A stretch of 64,000 bases of DNA. Origin: an uncultured bacterium. GTDB taxonomy: Bacteria; Fidelibacterota; Marinisomatia; Marinisomatales; TCS56. The number at the start of each line of letters is the position of its first letter. Positions within the stretch are counted from its first letter, which is position 1. The position numbers and the translations under genes were made by a program. The stretch spans positions 28,733 through 92,732 of the forward strand of contig CAYPJE010000007.1 in the NCBI GenBank assembly GCA_964410945.1, written 5' to 3'. This document shows positions 44,007 to 53,742 of this stretch, one piece after another. The notes under the pieces were generated by a model. The model had not been told where the DNA came from and did no database searches. It saw only the letters and a program-made list of their open reading frames with translations.

Positions 44007-45806
44007 CTACTCCTGGTTGGCTCTTTTCTTTCCAAATTCAGGATCGATGGGCAGCCATTTAATCATGACCAGTCCGGGAATCGTGCACAGCAGCACCCAG
44101 AGGAAAAACATCTGGTAGCCGATCTGTTCCTGCAGCCAGCCGCTGAACATGCCGGGTATCATCATACCGAGGGCCATAAAGCCCGTACAGAGTGCATAAT
44201 GGGCGGTCTTATGCTTGCCTTCGGCCACGGTTATCATAAACAGCATGTAGGCCGTGAAACCGAAACCGTAGCCGAATTGTTCGACGGCCACACAGGATGC
44301 GATCAGGGCAAAGCTGTCCGGTTGGGCATAGGAGAGGTAGACGTAGACCACATCAGGCAGTTTCATTGCCAGGGCCATCCACAGGATCCAGAATTTCAGT
44401 CCATGCTTGGCGGCCATGAAACCCCCTACGATTCCTCCCAGGGTAAGGGCCAGGGCGCCGAGAGTGCCGTAGATGAAGCCATACTGGCCGGTGGTCAGGG
44501 CCATACCGCCGGCTTCGATCGTATCGAGCATAAACAGGGGAGCTACCTTAACCAATTGGGCCTCGCCGAAACGGTAAATCAGGATAAATGAAATTGTGAG
44601 AACAATCTTTTCCTTGGTGAAAAAGGCTTTAAATACTTCCAGGAAATCGGTCAGGAAATTGCTGGTCTCACCATGAACCGGCAGGTCGCCATCCGGGCGC
44701 GGCAGCATAAAACGGTGATAGATGAAGAATACAATGAACATGCCGCCCATGATGAAAAAGGTCAGCATCCAGGACAGGGGAATGTTACCGGCTGTTGCCT
44801 TATAAACTGCAAAAGTTGGTTGCTTCAGTTGTGGGTCCAGTTTGACCACCGCTATGGCCGGTTTATTCCAGTCAGTTGTTGTGAAAACCAGACGAGTATC
44901 GGTGACCATGGCGATGCTTTTATCTCCGGAACTCTGGCCGAAATTGACGACTACGTCCTCATCTGTGGTGGGTTTTTGTGACAGGCCAATCAGGTATACG
45001 CCGATATTACCGGTTGTGTTATCATCATTAATACCGATATTTGGCAAGATATCATTAAAGTATATATTTAAATCTTCAGTAGTACCGCGGTTACTGTTCC
45101 AGCGGTTGGCGAAACTCACTAGTGAATCGACCTGGGTGGCTGAACGGGCGGCTAGCGGGATCGCCAGATTTTCCGGGTATGTTTGTATTTGGAGGGCGCC
45201 ATCTTGAGCGGTGTAATCAACTGTCTGAAAATCGATCAGTTCGCCCTGCTCAACACCCTGGACGGCCGAAACAGTGGTCTCAACACTGGGCAGTCCGGTA
45301 GTGCTTTCCATAAACCCGGCAAACATCACCAGGACACCCTGGGCGAAGATAATGGCAATCCGGTAGAAGGTACTGCGGATACCTACGAACCAAGCCTGAT
45401 CATGCCTGGAAAGACCGAGCATATAGAAGCCATCGGCGGCGATATCATGGGTGGCTGAACTGAAAGCCAGGAGCCAGAAGAAGGCCAGGGTTAACTTGAA
45501 GAAGCCCGGCACGGGAATTGTGAGGGCCACACCGGCCAGGCCGGCTCCGATCATGACCTGCATGATAACAATCCACCAGCGCTTGGTTTTCAGGATATCG
45601 ACAATCGGACTCCAGAGGGGCTTAATTACCCAGGGCAGATACAGCCAACTGGTGTATAAAGCAATTGCAGCATTGGAAATACCCATTCGTTTGTACATTA
45701 CCACTGAGATAAGCATCACAACAGCATAGGGTATACCTTCAGCAAAATAGAGGGAAGGAATCCAGAACCAGGGTGATCGTTTTTTAGCGGTCGACGTATT
45801 GCTCAT
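44007..45806 (-). CDS. ampG: AmpG-like MFS muropeptide permease with large central hydrophilic insert
   Basis: The WFWIPSLYFAEGIPYAVV and LPWVIKPLWSPIVD blocks are typical of AmpG-type MFS. It is 599 aa because of a soluble segment of about 175 aa (roughly aa 168-345). Confidence 0.75.
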   Translation of the reverse strand: MSNTSTAKKRSPWFWIPSLYFAEGIPYAVVMLISVVMYKRMGISNAAIALYTSWLYLPWVIKPLWSPIVDILKTKRWWIVIMQVMIGAGLAGVALTIPVPGFFKLTLAFFWLLAFSSATHDIAADGFYMLGLSRHDQAWFVGIRSTFYRIAIIFAQGVLVMFAGFMESTTGLPSVETTVSAVQGVEQGELIDFQTVDYTAQDGALQIQTYPENLAIPLAARSATQVDSLVSFANRWNSNRGTTEDLNIYFNDILPNIGINDDNTTGNIGVYLIGLSQKPTTDEDVVVNFGQSSGDKSIAMVTDTRLVFTTTDWNKPAIAVVKLDPQLKQPTFAVYKATAGNIPLSWMLTFFIMGGMFIVFFIYHRFMLPRPDGDLPVHGETSNFLTDFLEVFKAFFTKEKIVLTISFILIYRFGEAQLVKVAPLFMLDTIEAGGMALTTGQYGFIYGTLGALALTLGGIVGGFMAAKHGLKFWILWMALAMKLPDVVYVYLSYAQPDSFALIASCVAVEQFGYGFGFTAYMLFMITVAEGKHKTAHYALCTGFMALGMMIPGMFSGWLQEQIGYQMFFLWVLLCTIPGLVMIKWLPIDPEFGKKRANQE

Positions 45807-45818
45807 ATGTGATCCTTA

Positions 45819-47132
45819 TCAGGAGTAGAGGTTAACCAGACGGCTGCCCGGATAATAATGTTTTAAAATATTCTCGGTATGGTAGCCCCTGAGAGCCATT
45901 CCCAGAGCACCGATCTGGCAGAGCCCGGCACCATGTCCCCAGCCGGCTCCCCGCAATATAAATCTGGTTGGTATTTCATCACCTTCGGTCTCAATATAGA
46001 AGGCTGAGCTGTAAAGGAAGCTGGGATGCATGACCTGCCTAATTCGGTATTCACTGTCAACTACCACTGATCCGGGATTACCGGACTCATCAAGATATTC
46101 AATCTTTATTTTATTCAGGCGCCCCGAACCACCCCGGTTGAGAGGATGAACGGCTGTAATAGCACCGGCATCAAGGTCAAGTTTTGAATTGAGCATACTG
46201 GTCAGTTCATCCTGTGAATAGGCGAATTCCCAGCGGAAATACTGGCCTTCTTCATCGACGCCCCCGATATATTTGGTCAAACCTTCCTCCGGAACGACCT
46301 GGGGGCTGCAAAAGGTTTTCAAATCAGCATCGACCCACTGTTTCAAATTCTCTTCTTCCGATAATGGCAGGTTATCCCACGTGAAGGTATGGGGGGCATC
46401 AATAATATTCTGCATGTAGGGCAGGGGATCACCCTCCCATAATGTTTCATAGGTTTCCATCATACCGCCACAGGATTTGGAATAGCGGGCGTCGCAGATT
46501 TGATCTTCGTACATGATGACCTGTCCACGGGTGGATACGGCGCCTTGAATGGATTGGGGGGTCAGGTTCCCCGTACCGTGATAGCGCTGACAGCAGTCGT
46601 CGTTGCAGACATCAAAACCCTGCTTGACATGTTTCTGCTCCACATTAGCCAGCATCCAGGCCCGCGCCACGATGGTCTGCGACTCGATCAGGGCAATCGG
46701 ACATTCGGCACTCATCTCCGAGGTGGCCACGCACATGAGATATTGCTCGATGGGAAGCTCGTTGATTGCCAGGATGTTACCATCCACAACACGGATTTCC
46801 AGATCACCCAGCAGGCTTACATCAATAGCCTTTTTCCAGTGAAAATCCCGTCCGGCGATCACATTTTTTACGATCATGGGATTGTCCAGGTTATTGGCCG
46901 TCGGTGAACGTTTGATATCGATCTTATGAACCCGCAGGTCACCGATACATAATTCACCATCCCGGATGGCAATCGTCAGGCTGTCGCCGGATTGCTTGAA
47001 TTTACTCGGGAACACATTATAAATATTGGGATCGGGGAAGACGATGCTTATTTCTTCCTGTTGATCCTCTGGCAGGGTTATTCCGACACGGAGCAGTGGT
47101 TCGGAAGAAGGAATGAGGCCTTTTGTTAGCAT
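45819..47132 (-). CDS. SpoIID/LytB-domain protein without signal peptide
   Basis: ARAWMLAN...FDVCNDDCCQRYHG...YSKSCGG SpoIID-domain motifs. The N-terminus MLTKGLIPSSEPLLRVGITLPEDQQEE is not hydrophobic. Confidence 0.78.
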   Translation of the reverse strand: MLTKGLIPSSEPLLRVGITLPEDQQEEISIVFPDPNIYNVFPSKFKQSGDSLTIAIRDGELCIGDLRVHKIDIKRSPTANNLDNPMIVKNVIAGRDFHWKKAIDVSLLGDLEIRVVDGNILAINELPIEQYLMCVATSEMSAECPIALIESQTIVARAWMLANVEQKHVKQGFDVCNDDCCQRYHGTGNLTPQSIQGAVSTRGQVIMYEDQICDARYSKSCGGMMETYETLWEGDPLPYMQNIIDAPHTFTWDNLPLSEEENLKQWVDADLKTFCSPQVVPEEGLTKYIGGVDEEGQYFRWEFAYSQDELTSMLNSKLDLDAGAITAVHPLNRGGSGRLNKIKIEYLDESGNPGSVVVDSEYRIRQVMHPSFLYSSAFYIETEGDEIPTRFILRGAGWGHGAGLCQIGALGMALRGYHTENILKHYYPGSRLVNLYS

Positions 47133-47133
47133 A

Positions 47134-48336
47134 TCAGGTCCGCTTTTTGAAGTTCAGGTAGGCATCGATGGCGGCACCCATGGCCGGTGCTTCCCGAAGG
47201 TTCGAGCTGGTAATTAAATCCGGGTTGAATTCTCCTTTAACCAGATAGTGGTCTTTAAATTCAGCGGCCAGGTCTGAATCGGCGATCATTTTCGCCAGGT
47301 CAGCCATCAGTGGTTTATAGAACAGGGCAGTATCCCTGGATGATTCCAGCAGCGTACCCAATCGCTGGCCGATAATAATCCCTGATAACAATGTCCCCTG
47401 GAAAGGATGGTCGGATTCCAGATTGTCCCGGTTGGGATTCATGAATTCAAAATTGTTTTTCCAACCGGAGTAGATTGTGCTGATTCGTTCGAAAAGCAGT
47501 TGCGCCAGATAGTGGCTGATATCATTGTATGTATCCAGGGCCGCACTTTCGCCGGCCAGGGCCCGTTTCAATATTTGATCGGGATAAACCTGCTGAATAT
47601 TCAAGTCTTCAATACTGATTCCCGAATAGGTGCTGTAGATCGACTGAATACCGCCTGCTGAGGAATAGCGTTCCAGGGAGATATCCTTGTCATTCTTCAT
47701 TTCCCAGGTCTTGGCCAGCCAGGTTTTGGTCTGGTCCAATGGCATGAGGCTGCCGTTCAGTTTCAGGGCATCGGCCGTTCCTGTGCCGCCGCCCAGGTAG
47801 TAGGCATTTTCGGTTTTCTTGAAACCGCCGCCATCGGAATATTCTTCACCGATACCGCAATAATCAGCGTCACTGCCGATCCGGAAAATCGGGGCTGCCA
47901 GATCGATCCCCATGATTTCCACCGCCGCTTCAACCGTGGCGGCGTAATCGGGAATGCGGGGACCATTCAATAATACGGCTATCCCACGCTGGTCGGACGT
48001 CTTAAGGCCCGGCATTCCCAGTCCCAGGAGTAATTTACTGCCCGGATATTCACTGGCGATTCCGGCAATCACGGCGTTGCAGGCCTGGGTGTAGGCCCGG
48101 GATTGTCTTATTTCGTCCTTGCCGGGACTGATTGTACCGCTGCCGTATTCATTCAATTGTAATTTGATATCGGCCGATTTGAAATTTTCATCGAATTCAG
48201 GGTAATCACGGTAGCTTTTCTGTATATTGGTACTGCCCAAAGAAAACCGGAATTGATCGATATCCAGATCGATCGTCCACCCGCTGATTTTGGTAGCGCC
48301 ACCGTCCAAGCCCACCAACAGTAGCTTTTCAGTCAT
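47134..48336 (-). CDS. BadF/BadG/BcrA/BcrD-type ATPase (N-acetylglucosamine-kinase-like sugar kinase)
   Basis: LLVGLDGGATK phosphate-1 motif and YLGGGTGTAD, an ASKHA fold. Confidence 0.75.
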   Translation of the reverse strand: MTEKLLLVGLDGGATKISGWTIDLDIDQFRFSLGSTNIQKSYRDYPEFDENFKSADIKLQLNEYGSGTISPGKDEIRQSRAYTQACNAVIAGIASEYPGSKLLLGLGMPGLKTSDQRGIAVLLNGPRIPDYAATVEAAVEIMGIDLAAPIFRIGSDADYCGIGEEYSDGGGFKKTENAYYLGGGTGTADALKLNGSLMPLDQTKTWLAKTWEMKNDKDISLERYSSAGGIQSIYSTYSGISIEDLNIQQVYPDQILKRALAGESAALDTYNDISHYLAQLLFERISTIYSGWKNNFEFMNPNRDNLESDHPFQGTLLSGIIIGQRLGTLLESSRDTALFYKPLMADLAKMIADSDLAAEFKDHYLVKGEFNPDLITSSNLREAPAMGAAIDAYLNFKKRT

Positions 48337-48338
48337 AT

Positions 48339-49886
48339 TTATTTCCTGCGATTTTGGTTTTTGCGGCGTTTGATCGCCTCCAGGCGCATCCAGTCCTTGG
48401 CATCATCATTTCGATCCACTGTTATCGGATCGATGGCATGATCGGTTCCTCCGGCGTGACGGATGACTTCATAAATGGGGTCGTAAATCCGTCCGATCTT
48501 ATGTTTTTCAGAGATATGGAGCACCATATCATAGTCTTCGCCATAATTGCGGGCATAGGGATCGTCGTTGATGCCAAAATATCCCATGGACCGGATTACC
48601 GGGATCGGAATCGACCGGGGAGCACCGGCACCATTGATCCGCAGCAGGTTGTTGCGGCCGTTCTTTTCCGTCCATTCATCATGAGTAACCACCGGAATTT
48701 CTTCCATCCGGACCAGCTCACCGTCGGCCTTCTTTTCCCAGACTTCGTAGGAGCCTATTACCATTCCGATATCGGGATCGGAATCGAATAATGCCAGGAT
48801 TTTTTCTACTGCATCGGACTTGAGCCGGTCGTCGGAATCCAGTTGGACATAGTATTCGCCGCGGGCATGGCGGACACCCATATTCAGGCAGAAACCGATA
48901 TTATTGATATCGATCACCACCAGCTGTACAGCCGGTTTATCGGCGTCATACAGATCGCCGCCTTCCTGGTAGCGCTTGACTTCCGGAATCGTCGGGTCAT
49001 CCGGGCCACCATTCACAACGATGATCGCCTCGATTTCCTTGACGGTCTGATCCTGGATGCTGGCAATGGCTGTGCCGATGAATTCCGGGCGGTTATTGAC
49101 CGGGATAATCACGGATGCCTTCAGGGTCGCAGAGGAATCGGTTTCAGGACGTGGTAAATATCCGAAACCGGGTTCGAGGTAGGCACCGATCCTTTTCAGA
49201 TGTTCCGTGATTACCGCCTCGGCTTCCAGCTGAACATCCTTGCCGGCCAGCAGGTAATCGAAAACATTGGCTGATTTTCCGGCGGCATGGACCTGGTAAA
49301 GGGCTCCACTGTATTTATTGGCAACCCGGATCAGGTCATAATTGACGCTCAGTTTCAGGCGGATATCATAAAGGGCGTTGTAATCCAGTGATTCATCAAA
49401 GCCATGGATCTCATCGAGGGCATCCACATTGAAAAAGAATACTTTACCATAATCCTGGTTATCCCGCAGACGGCCGGCATGATGATGGAGGAGGTGCGGT
49501 TCCGATATGGTATCACCGTCTTTCAACTCATACTCGGCATAGACCATTCCGGCATAGCGGTTGCGGTGGGCGGTCAGAAGAAACATATCGAGACAGGCTT
49601 CTTTCAGGGTGATCGGATTCGAGCGGTTGTCCAGATACATGAAATAATCACTGTCACAGCTTTCCAGGGCCATGTTCAAAGCATAGGATTGGTTATCGTC
49701 TGGTACATCGATAATCGTAACCTTGTCAGCGTATTCCTTCGGCAAGTCAGTTGAATCAGAGCCCGATAGACAGTACACTGCCTGGACGGTATTTGATTGA
49801 GAGAAAATTGAATTCAGGGTAGCTTGAAACGCATCTGGCGACTGCGTATCAACTTTGGGGAGATGTAAAACTATGGTGGTTTCCAT
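48339..49886 (-). CDS. tandem GT-A fold glycosyltransferase (family 2-like), cytoplasmic
   Basis: The C-terminal half has canonical SVIIPVNNRPEFIGTAIASIQDQT and the QLDSDD DxD motif. The N-terminal half is a degenerate second GT-A-like module (YFMYLDN). No signal peptide or TM segment. Confidence 0.75.
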   Translation of the reverse strand: METTIVLHLPKVDTQSPDAFQATLNSIFSQSNTVQAVYCLSGSDSTDLPKEYADKVTIIDVPDDNQSYALNMALESCDSDYFMYLDNRSNPITLKEACLDMFLLTAHRNRYAGMVYAEYELKDGDTISEPHLLHHHAGRLRDNQDYGKVFFFNVDALDEIHGFDESLDYNALYDIRLKLSVNYDLIRVANKYSGALYQVHAAGKSANVFDYLLAGKDVQLEAEAVITEHLKRIGAYLEPGFGYLPRPETDSSATLKASVIIPVNNRPEFIGTAIASIQDQTVKEIEAIIVVNGGPDDPTIPEVKRYQEGGDLYDADKPAVQLVVIDINNIGFCLNMGVRHARGEYYVQLDSDDRLKSDAVEKILALFDSDPDIGMVIGSYEVWEKKADGELVRMEEIPVVTHDEWTEKNGRNNLLRINGAGAPRSIPIPVIRSMGYFGINDDPYARNYGEDYDMVLHISEKHKIGRIYDPIYEVIRHAGGTDHAIDPITVDRNDDAKDWMRLEAIKRRKNQNRRK

Positions 49887-50021
49887 TGTGAATTAAATTG
49901 ATTCCTGTTATTTAAAGCAAAATTACTACCCTGGATATTACACTGACCGGAATGAAATTGTCAGTTACCATTTTTGAAATATTTAACCGAACTTTACCCC
50001 TTACAAAAAAGGGAGAAAACA

Positions 50022-51998
50022 ATGGCCAGGCGTTTCTTTGCGGGAGTTCTTTTTCTATTTACTGCCCTTTCAGCGGCTCAAGTTGACACGGTTACCGCGG
50101 TCAGCTATGCCATGGATCGGGAAATGACCACGGTGGTGGTGACACCGGAGGATTATCAGGATAGCCAGACTGAATTCCCGGTGGTTTATATTCTTCATGG
50201 CTACAGCGGTGGTCCTTTTGACTGGATTAATCATATGGATCTGAGGACGCTTGCTGATCTGCACCAGTTCATTCTGGTCTGTCCCGATGGTGATTATAAC
50301 AGCTGGTATTTTGACAGTCCACTGGTAAAAAAGAGCCAGTATGCCACCTGGGTCGGGCGGGAGTTGGTGCGCTGGATCGATGATAATTATCCTACAGTCG
50401 ACCGACAGGACGGCCGGGCCATAACCGGTCTGAGTATGGGGGGACACGGTGCCCTTTATCTGACGCTGCAGAATCCCGAACAGTATTGCGCCGCCGCTAC
50501 CATGAGTGGTGTAGTGGACCTGACAGCTACTACCAAGAAATATGAACTGGCTGAAAAGATCGGTTCATACGAAAAGAATCCGGAGCGTTGGAACCAGGGT
50601 TCACTGGTCGAACAGGTTCCGTCCCTGGCAGAGCTTGATATAGGTCTGCTAATCGATTGCGGAACCGAGGATGCCTTTATCGAACACAATCGTGATCTGC
50701 ACCAGCGGCTGGAAGCGGCCGGCGTGGAGCACAATTATATTGAGAAACCCGGGGGGCACAGTTGGGATTACTGGACCGCAGCTTTGCCGGAACATCTGGA
50801 TTATTTCACCAGATATATTGATCGTGAGCCGGAAATCGAACCAATCGACCAACGGGCTGCCAATCTTATGTGTCTGATGGAACAGGCCATCTCCGATTCA
50901 GCCTGGCCCGGCGGGGTTCTGCTGGCCCGGAGTAAGGGTGAGACGATCGTATTTGATGCCACCGGTTACCATACCTACGACCGCAAAATAAGCACCCGCC
51001 GTGATGATATCTTCGATCTGGCATCGATCACAAAAGTCATTTCCACCACCTCGGCAGCAGCCAAACTGCATGAAAACGGCCTGCTTGTCCTGGACGCAAA
51101 AGTCGTGCAATACATTCCTGAATTCAGGGGTAAGAAATTTTTCAGGGATCGTGCCAAAAAACAGGTCACGGTGAAACATCTGCTGACCCATACCACCGGT
51201 TTACCACCCTTCAAGCAGTACTACAGGATTGATGGTTCAATCGAGGACCGTGTGGCGGAAATCTTTGCTACCAGTCTGGACCGGAAACCAGGATTGAAAA
51301 CGGTTTATTCCGATATTGGAATAATTACCATGGGAAAAATCGTCGAACAGCTCACGGGAATGGGACTGGACGAATATGTTGATCAAGAGGTATTTACACC
51401 ACTGGGAATGGCTGCCACCGGTTATACGCCCTGTAAGAGAAAACTGTATCGGATCGTGCCGACCGAAATCGATCCGGATGGCAAATTAGTTCATGGTTAT
51501 GTCCACGATGAAAATGCTAACAGCCTGGGTGGCGTGGCCGGCCATGCGGGATTGTTTTCCACCGCCGAAGATCTGGCCCGTTTTGCCCGGATGATGCTGA
51601 ACGAAGGAGAACTTGACGACATCCGGATTTTCCAACCGGAGACGGTGGAACTGTTTACGAAGCGAGCCAACGTAATCGAAGGCAGTTCGCGCTGCCTGGG
51701 CTGGGACAGTCCCAGCGATAATGCCTCCGGCGGGGTCTACATCAGTGATAACGCTTTCGGGCACACCGGATTTACCGGGACGTCGCTGTGGATCGATCCC
51801 GATAACGATATCGTGGTTGTTCTGCTGACCAATGCTGTTCATCCGAACCGCTCCTGGAAATCGCCGAATTATTTTGACTGGCGCCAGCGGATTCATTCCG
51901 CTGTTTATGAAGAGCTGGGCTTCGATGTTCAGAATCCAAATCTGACCTGGCGCCAGCGCTGGCAATCTGCCGAATCAACAGATGATTCAACACAATAG
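50022..51998 (+). CDS. secreted fusion of esterase-D-type alpha/beta hydrolase and beta-lactamase-family serine hydrolase
   Basis: Signal peptide MARRFFAGVLFLFTALSAAQ. The N-terminal half has GLSMGGHGA (GxSxG) and the C-terminal half has ASITKVIST (SxxK) and HTGFTG. ATG at 50022 after GGGAGA. Confidence 0.8.
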   Translation: MARRFFAGVLFLFTALSAAQVDTVTAVSYAMDREMTTVVVTPEDYQDSQTEFPVVYILHGYSGGPFDWINHMDLRTLADLHQFILVCPDGDYNSWYFDSPLVKKSQYATWVGRELVRWIDDNYPTVDRQDGRAITGLSMGGHGALYLTLQNPEQYCAAATMSGVVDLTATTKKYELAEKIGSYEKNPERWNQGSLVEQVPSLAELDIGLLIDCGTEDAFIEHNRDLHQRLEAAGVEHNYIEKPGGHSWDYWTAALPEHLDYFTRYIDREPEIEPIDQRAANLMCLMEQAISDSAWPGGVLLARSKGETIVFDATGYHTYDRKISTRRDDIFDLASITKVISTTSAAAKLHENGLLVLDAKVVQYIPEFRGKKFFRDRAKKQVTVKHLLTHTTGLPPFKQYYRIDGSIEDRVAEIFATSLDRKPGLKTVYSDIGIITMGKIVEQLTGMGLDEYVDQEVFTPLGMAATGYTPCKRKLYRIVPTEIDPDGKLVHGYVHDENANSLGGVAGHAGLFSTAEDLARFARMMLNEGELDDIRIFQPETVELFTKRANVIEGSSRCLGWDSPSDNASGGVYISDNAFGHTGFTGTSLWIDPDNDIVVVLLTNAVHPNRSWKSPNYFDWRQRIHSAVYEELGFDVQNPNLTWRQRWQSAESTDDSTQ

Positions 51999-52008
51999 GG
52001 GGTAAGAA

Positions 52009-53742
52009 ATGCCATTCAGTACATTAGATATTATTATCATCCTGGCCTACCTGGCCCTGATGATCTTTGTTGGTATCAAAATGAAATCACGGGCGGAAGG
52101 GAGTACCAGCGATTATTTTACCGGTGGACGTTCCATGCCCTGGTGGCTGGCCGGTGTTTCCATGGTTGCCACGACCTTTGCCGCGGACACACCGCTGGCG
52201 GTGACCGGAATCATCGCCGCCGACGGGATCGCCGGGAACTGGATCTGGTGGAATTTCATGTTCTCCGGTTTTGTGACCGTATTCCTGTTTGCCCGCCTTT
52301 GGCACCGGGCCGGCGTTCTCACCGATGTTGAAGTGATCGAGTTACGCTACAGCGGGAAAGCAGCCAGTATTTTACGCGGTTTCCGGGCGCTATACCTGGC
52401 CTTCCCGATCAACTGTGTCATCATGGGGTGGGTAACCCTGGGGATGTCAAAAGTGATCGGCGTGATGACCGGGATCAATTCCTGGTATATTCTGATCGGC
52501 CTGTTTGTGCTGACCGGTATGTATATCGTTGTCTCGGGACTGTGGGGAGTTGTTGTAACTGACTTTCTCCAGTTCATCATTGCCATGATTGGGGCAATCG
52601 TGCTGATGTTTTTCGCCTTGAAGGAAGTCGGTGGAATCGATGGTTTGACCGCCGGACTGGCCAACCGGTTCGGGTCCGATCATTTCTATCTGGATTTCTC
52701 ACCGATCGGGCATCCGAAAATATTACTCAGTACAGTGCTGGTCTGGCTGGGAGTCCAGTGGTGGGCTTCCTGGTACCCGGGAGCCGAACCGGGCGGTGGC
52801 GGTTATATCGCCCAGCGGATGTTTTCCACCCGCAATGAGAAAGAGGCCGTAAAAGCAACCCTGTTTTTCAACCTGGCCCACTATGCCCTGCGGCCCTGGC
52901 CCTGGATCATGGTGGCCCTGGCATCACTGATACTGTACCCAGGTCTGGCCGATCCTGAAAAAGGATATGCCATGGCGATGGTCAACCTGTTACCTTCAGG
53001 TTTACTTGGCCTGTTGACCGTTGCTTTCCTGTCGGCTTTCATGTCCACAATTTCCACCCAGGTCAACTGGGGATCGTCCTATGTGGTCAATGATTTTTAT
53101 GTCCGTTTTATCAAACCGGCGGACCGCTTCAATTCGGAAGCTGAAGCCCAGAAGCATTATGTATTTGTCTCACGGATCGCCACCATTCTGATGATGCTGG
53201 CGGGTATCCTGGTATCATTTTTCTTCGAATCGGTGAAAGGCGGTTGGGAATTCATCCTGTCCCTGGGAGCCGGTGCCGGACTGGTATACATGCTGCGCTG
53301 GTACTGGTGGCGGGTGAACGCCTGGAGCGAGATCAGTGCCATGCTGGCGGCTCTGGTTGCCAGTACTGCCGCCGGATCGTTGGGTTTCGAGGGCTTTGCC
53401 AATAAGATGATCTTTACGACCATTGTTACCACCATTGTCTGGTTAGCCACCACCTTCCTTACTAAAACGGAAGATAAAGCAGTACTCCAAGCCTTTTTTG
53501 ACAAAGTAAGGCCAGCCGGGCCGGGCTGGAAACCTTTCCTGGGTGATCGCAAACCGGAAGCGGTATTTCCCATGATCGTTAATGTAATCCTGGCTGTGCT
53601 GGTTGTGATCGGATCGCTGTTCGGAATCGGCTACCTGATCTTCGGGATTTACAGCCGGATGCTTGTGTTTGGACTGGTAGCGGGGCTGGCCGGATGGATC
53701 CTTTCCCGCCGGATGACAAAAATTACAGCTGTTGACGGATGA
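52009..53742 (+). CDS. sodium:solute symporter (SSS family)
   Basis: About 13 TM helices and N-terminal YFTGGRSMPWW, typical of SSS transporters. Confidence 0.88.
   Translation: MPFSTLDIIIILAYLALMIFVGIKMKSRAEGSTSDYFTGGRSMPWWLAGVSMVATTFAADTPLAVTGIIAADGIAGNWIWWNFMFSGFVTVFLFARLWHRAGVLTDVEVIELRYSGKAASILRGFRALYLAFPINCVIMGWVTLGMSKVIGVMTGINSWYILIGLFVLTGMYIVVSGLWGVVVTDFLQFIIAMIGAIVLMFFALKEVGGIDGLTAGLANRFGSDHFYLDFSPIGHPKILLSTVLVWLGVQWWASWYPGAEPGGGGYIAQRMFSTRNEKEAVKATLFFNLAHYALRPWPWIMVALASLILYPGLADPEKGYAMAMVNLLPSGLLGLLTVAFLSAFMSTISTQVNWGSSYVVNDFYVRFIKPADRFNSEAEAQKHYVFVSRIATILMMLAGILVSFFFESVKGGWEFILSLGAGAGLVYMLRWYWWRVNAWSEISAMLAALVASTAAGSLGFEGFANKMIFTTIVTTIVWLATTFLTKTEDKAVLQAFFDKVRPAGPGWKPFLGDRKPEAVFPMIVNVILAVLVVIGSLFGIGYLIFGIYSRMLVFGLVAGLAGWILSRRMTKITAVDG

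Noticed and set aside
43884-44591. 235-aa plus-strand ORF
   Set aside because: It runs antisense across the DUF5009/AmpG junction. Its composition is His/Gly/Gln-rich and atypical, and both minus-strand genes have strong family signatures.
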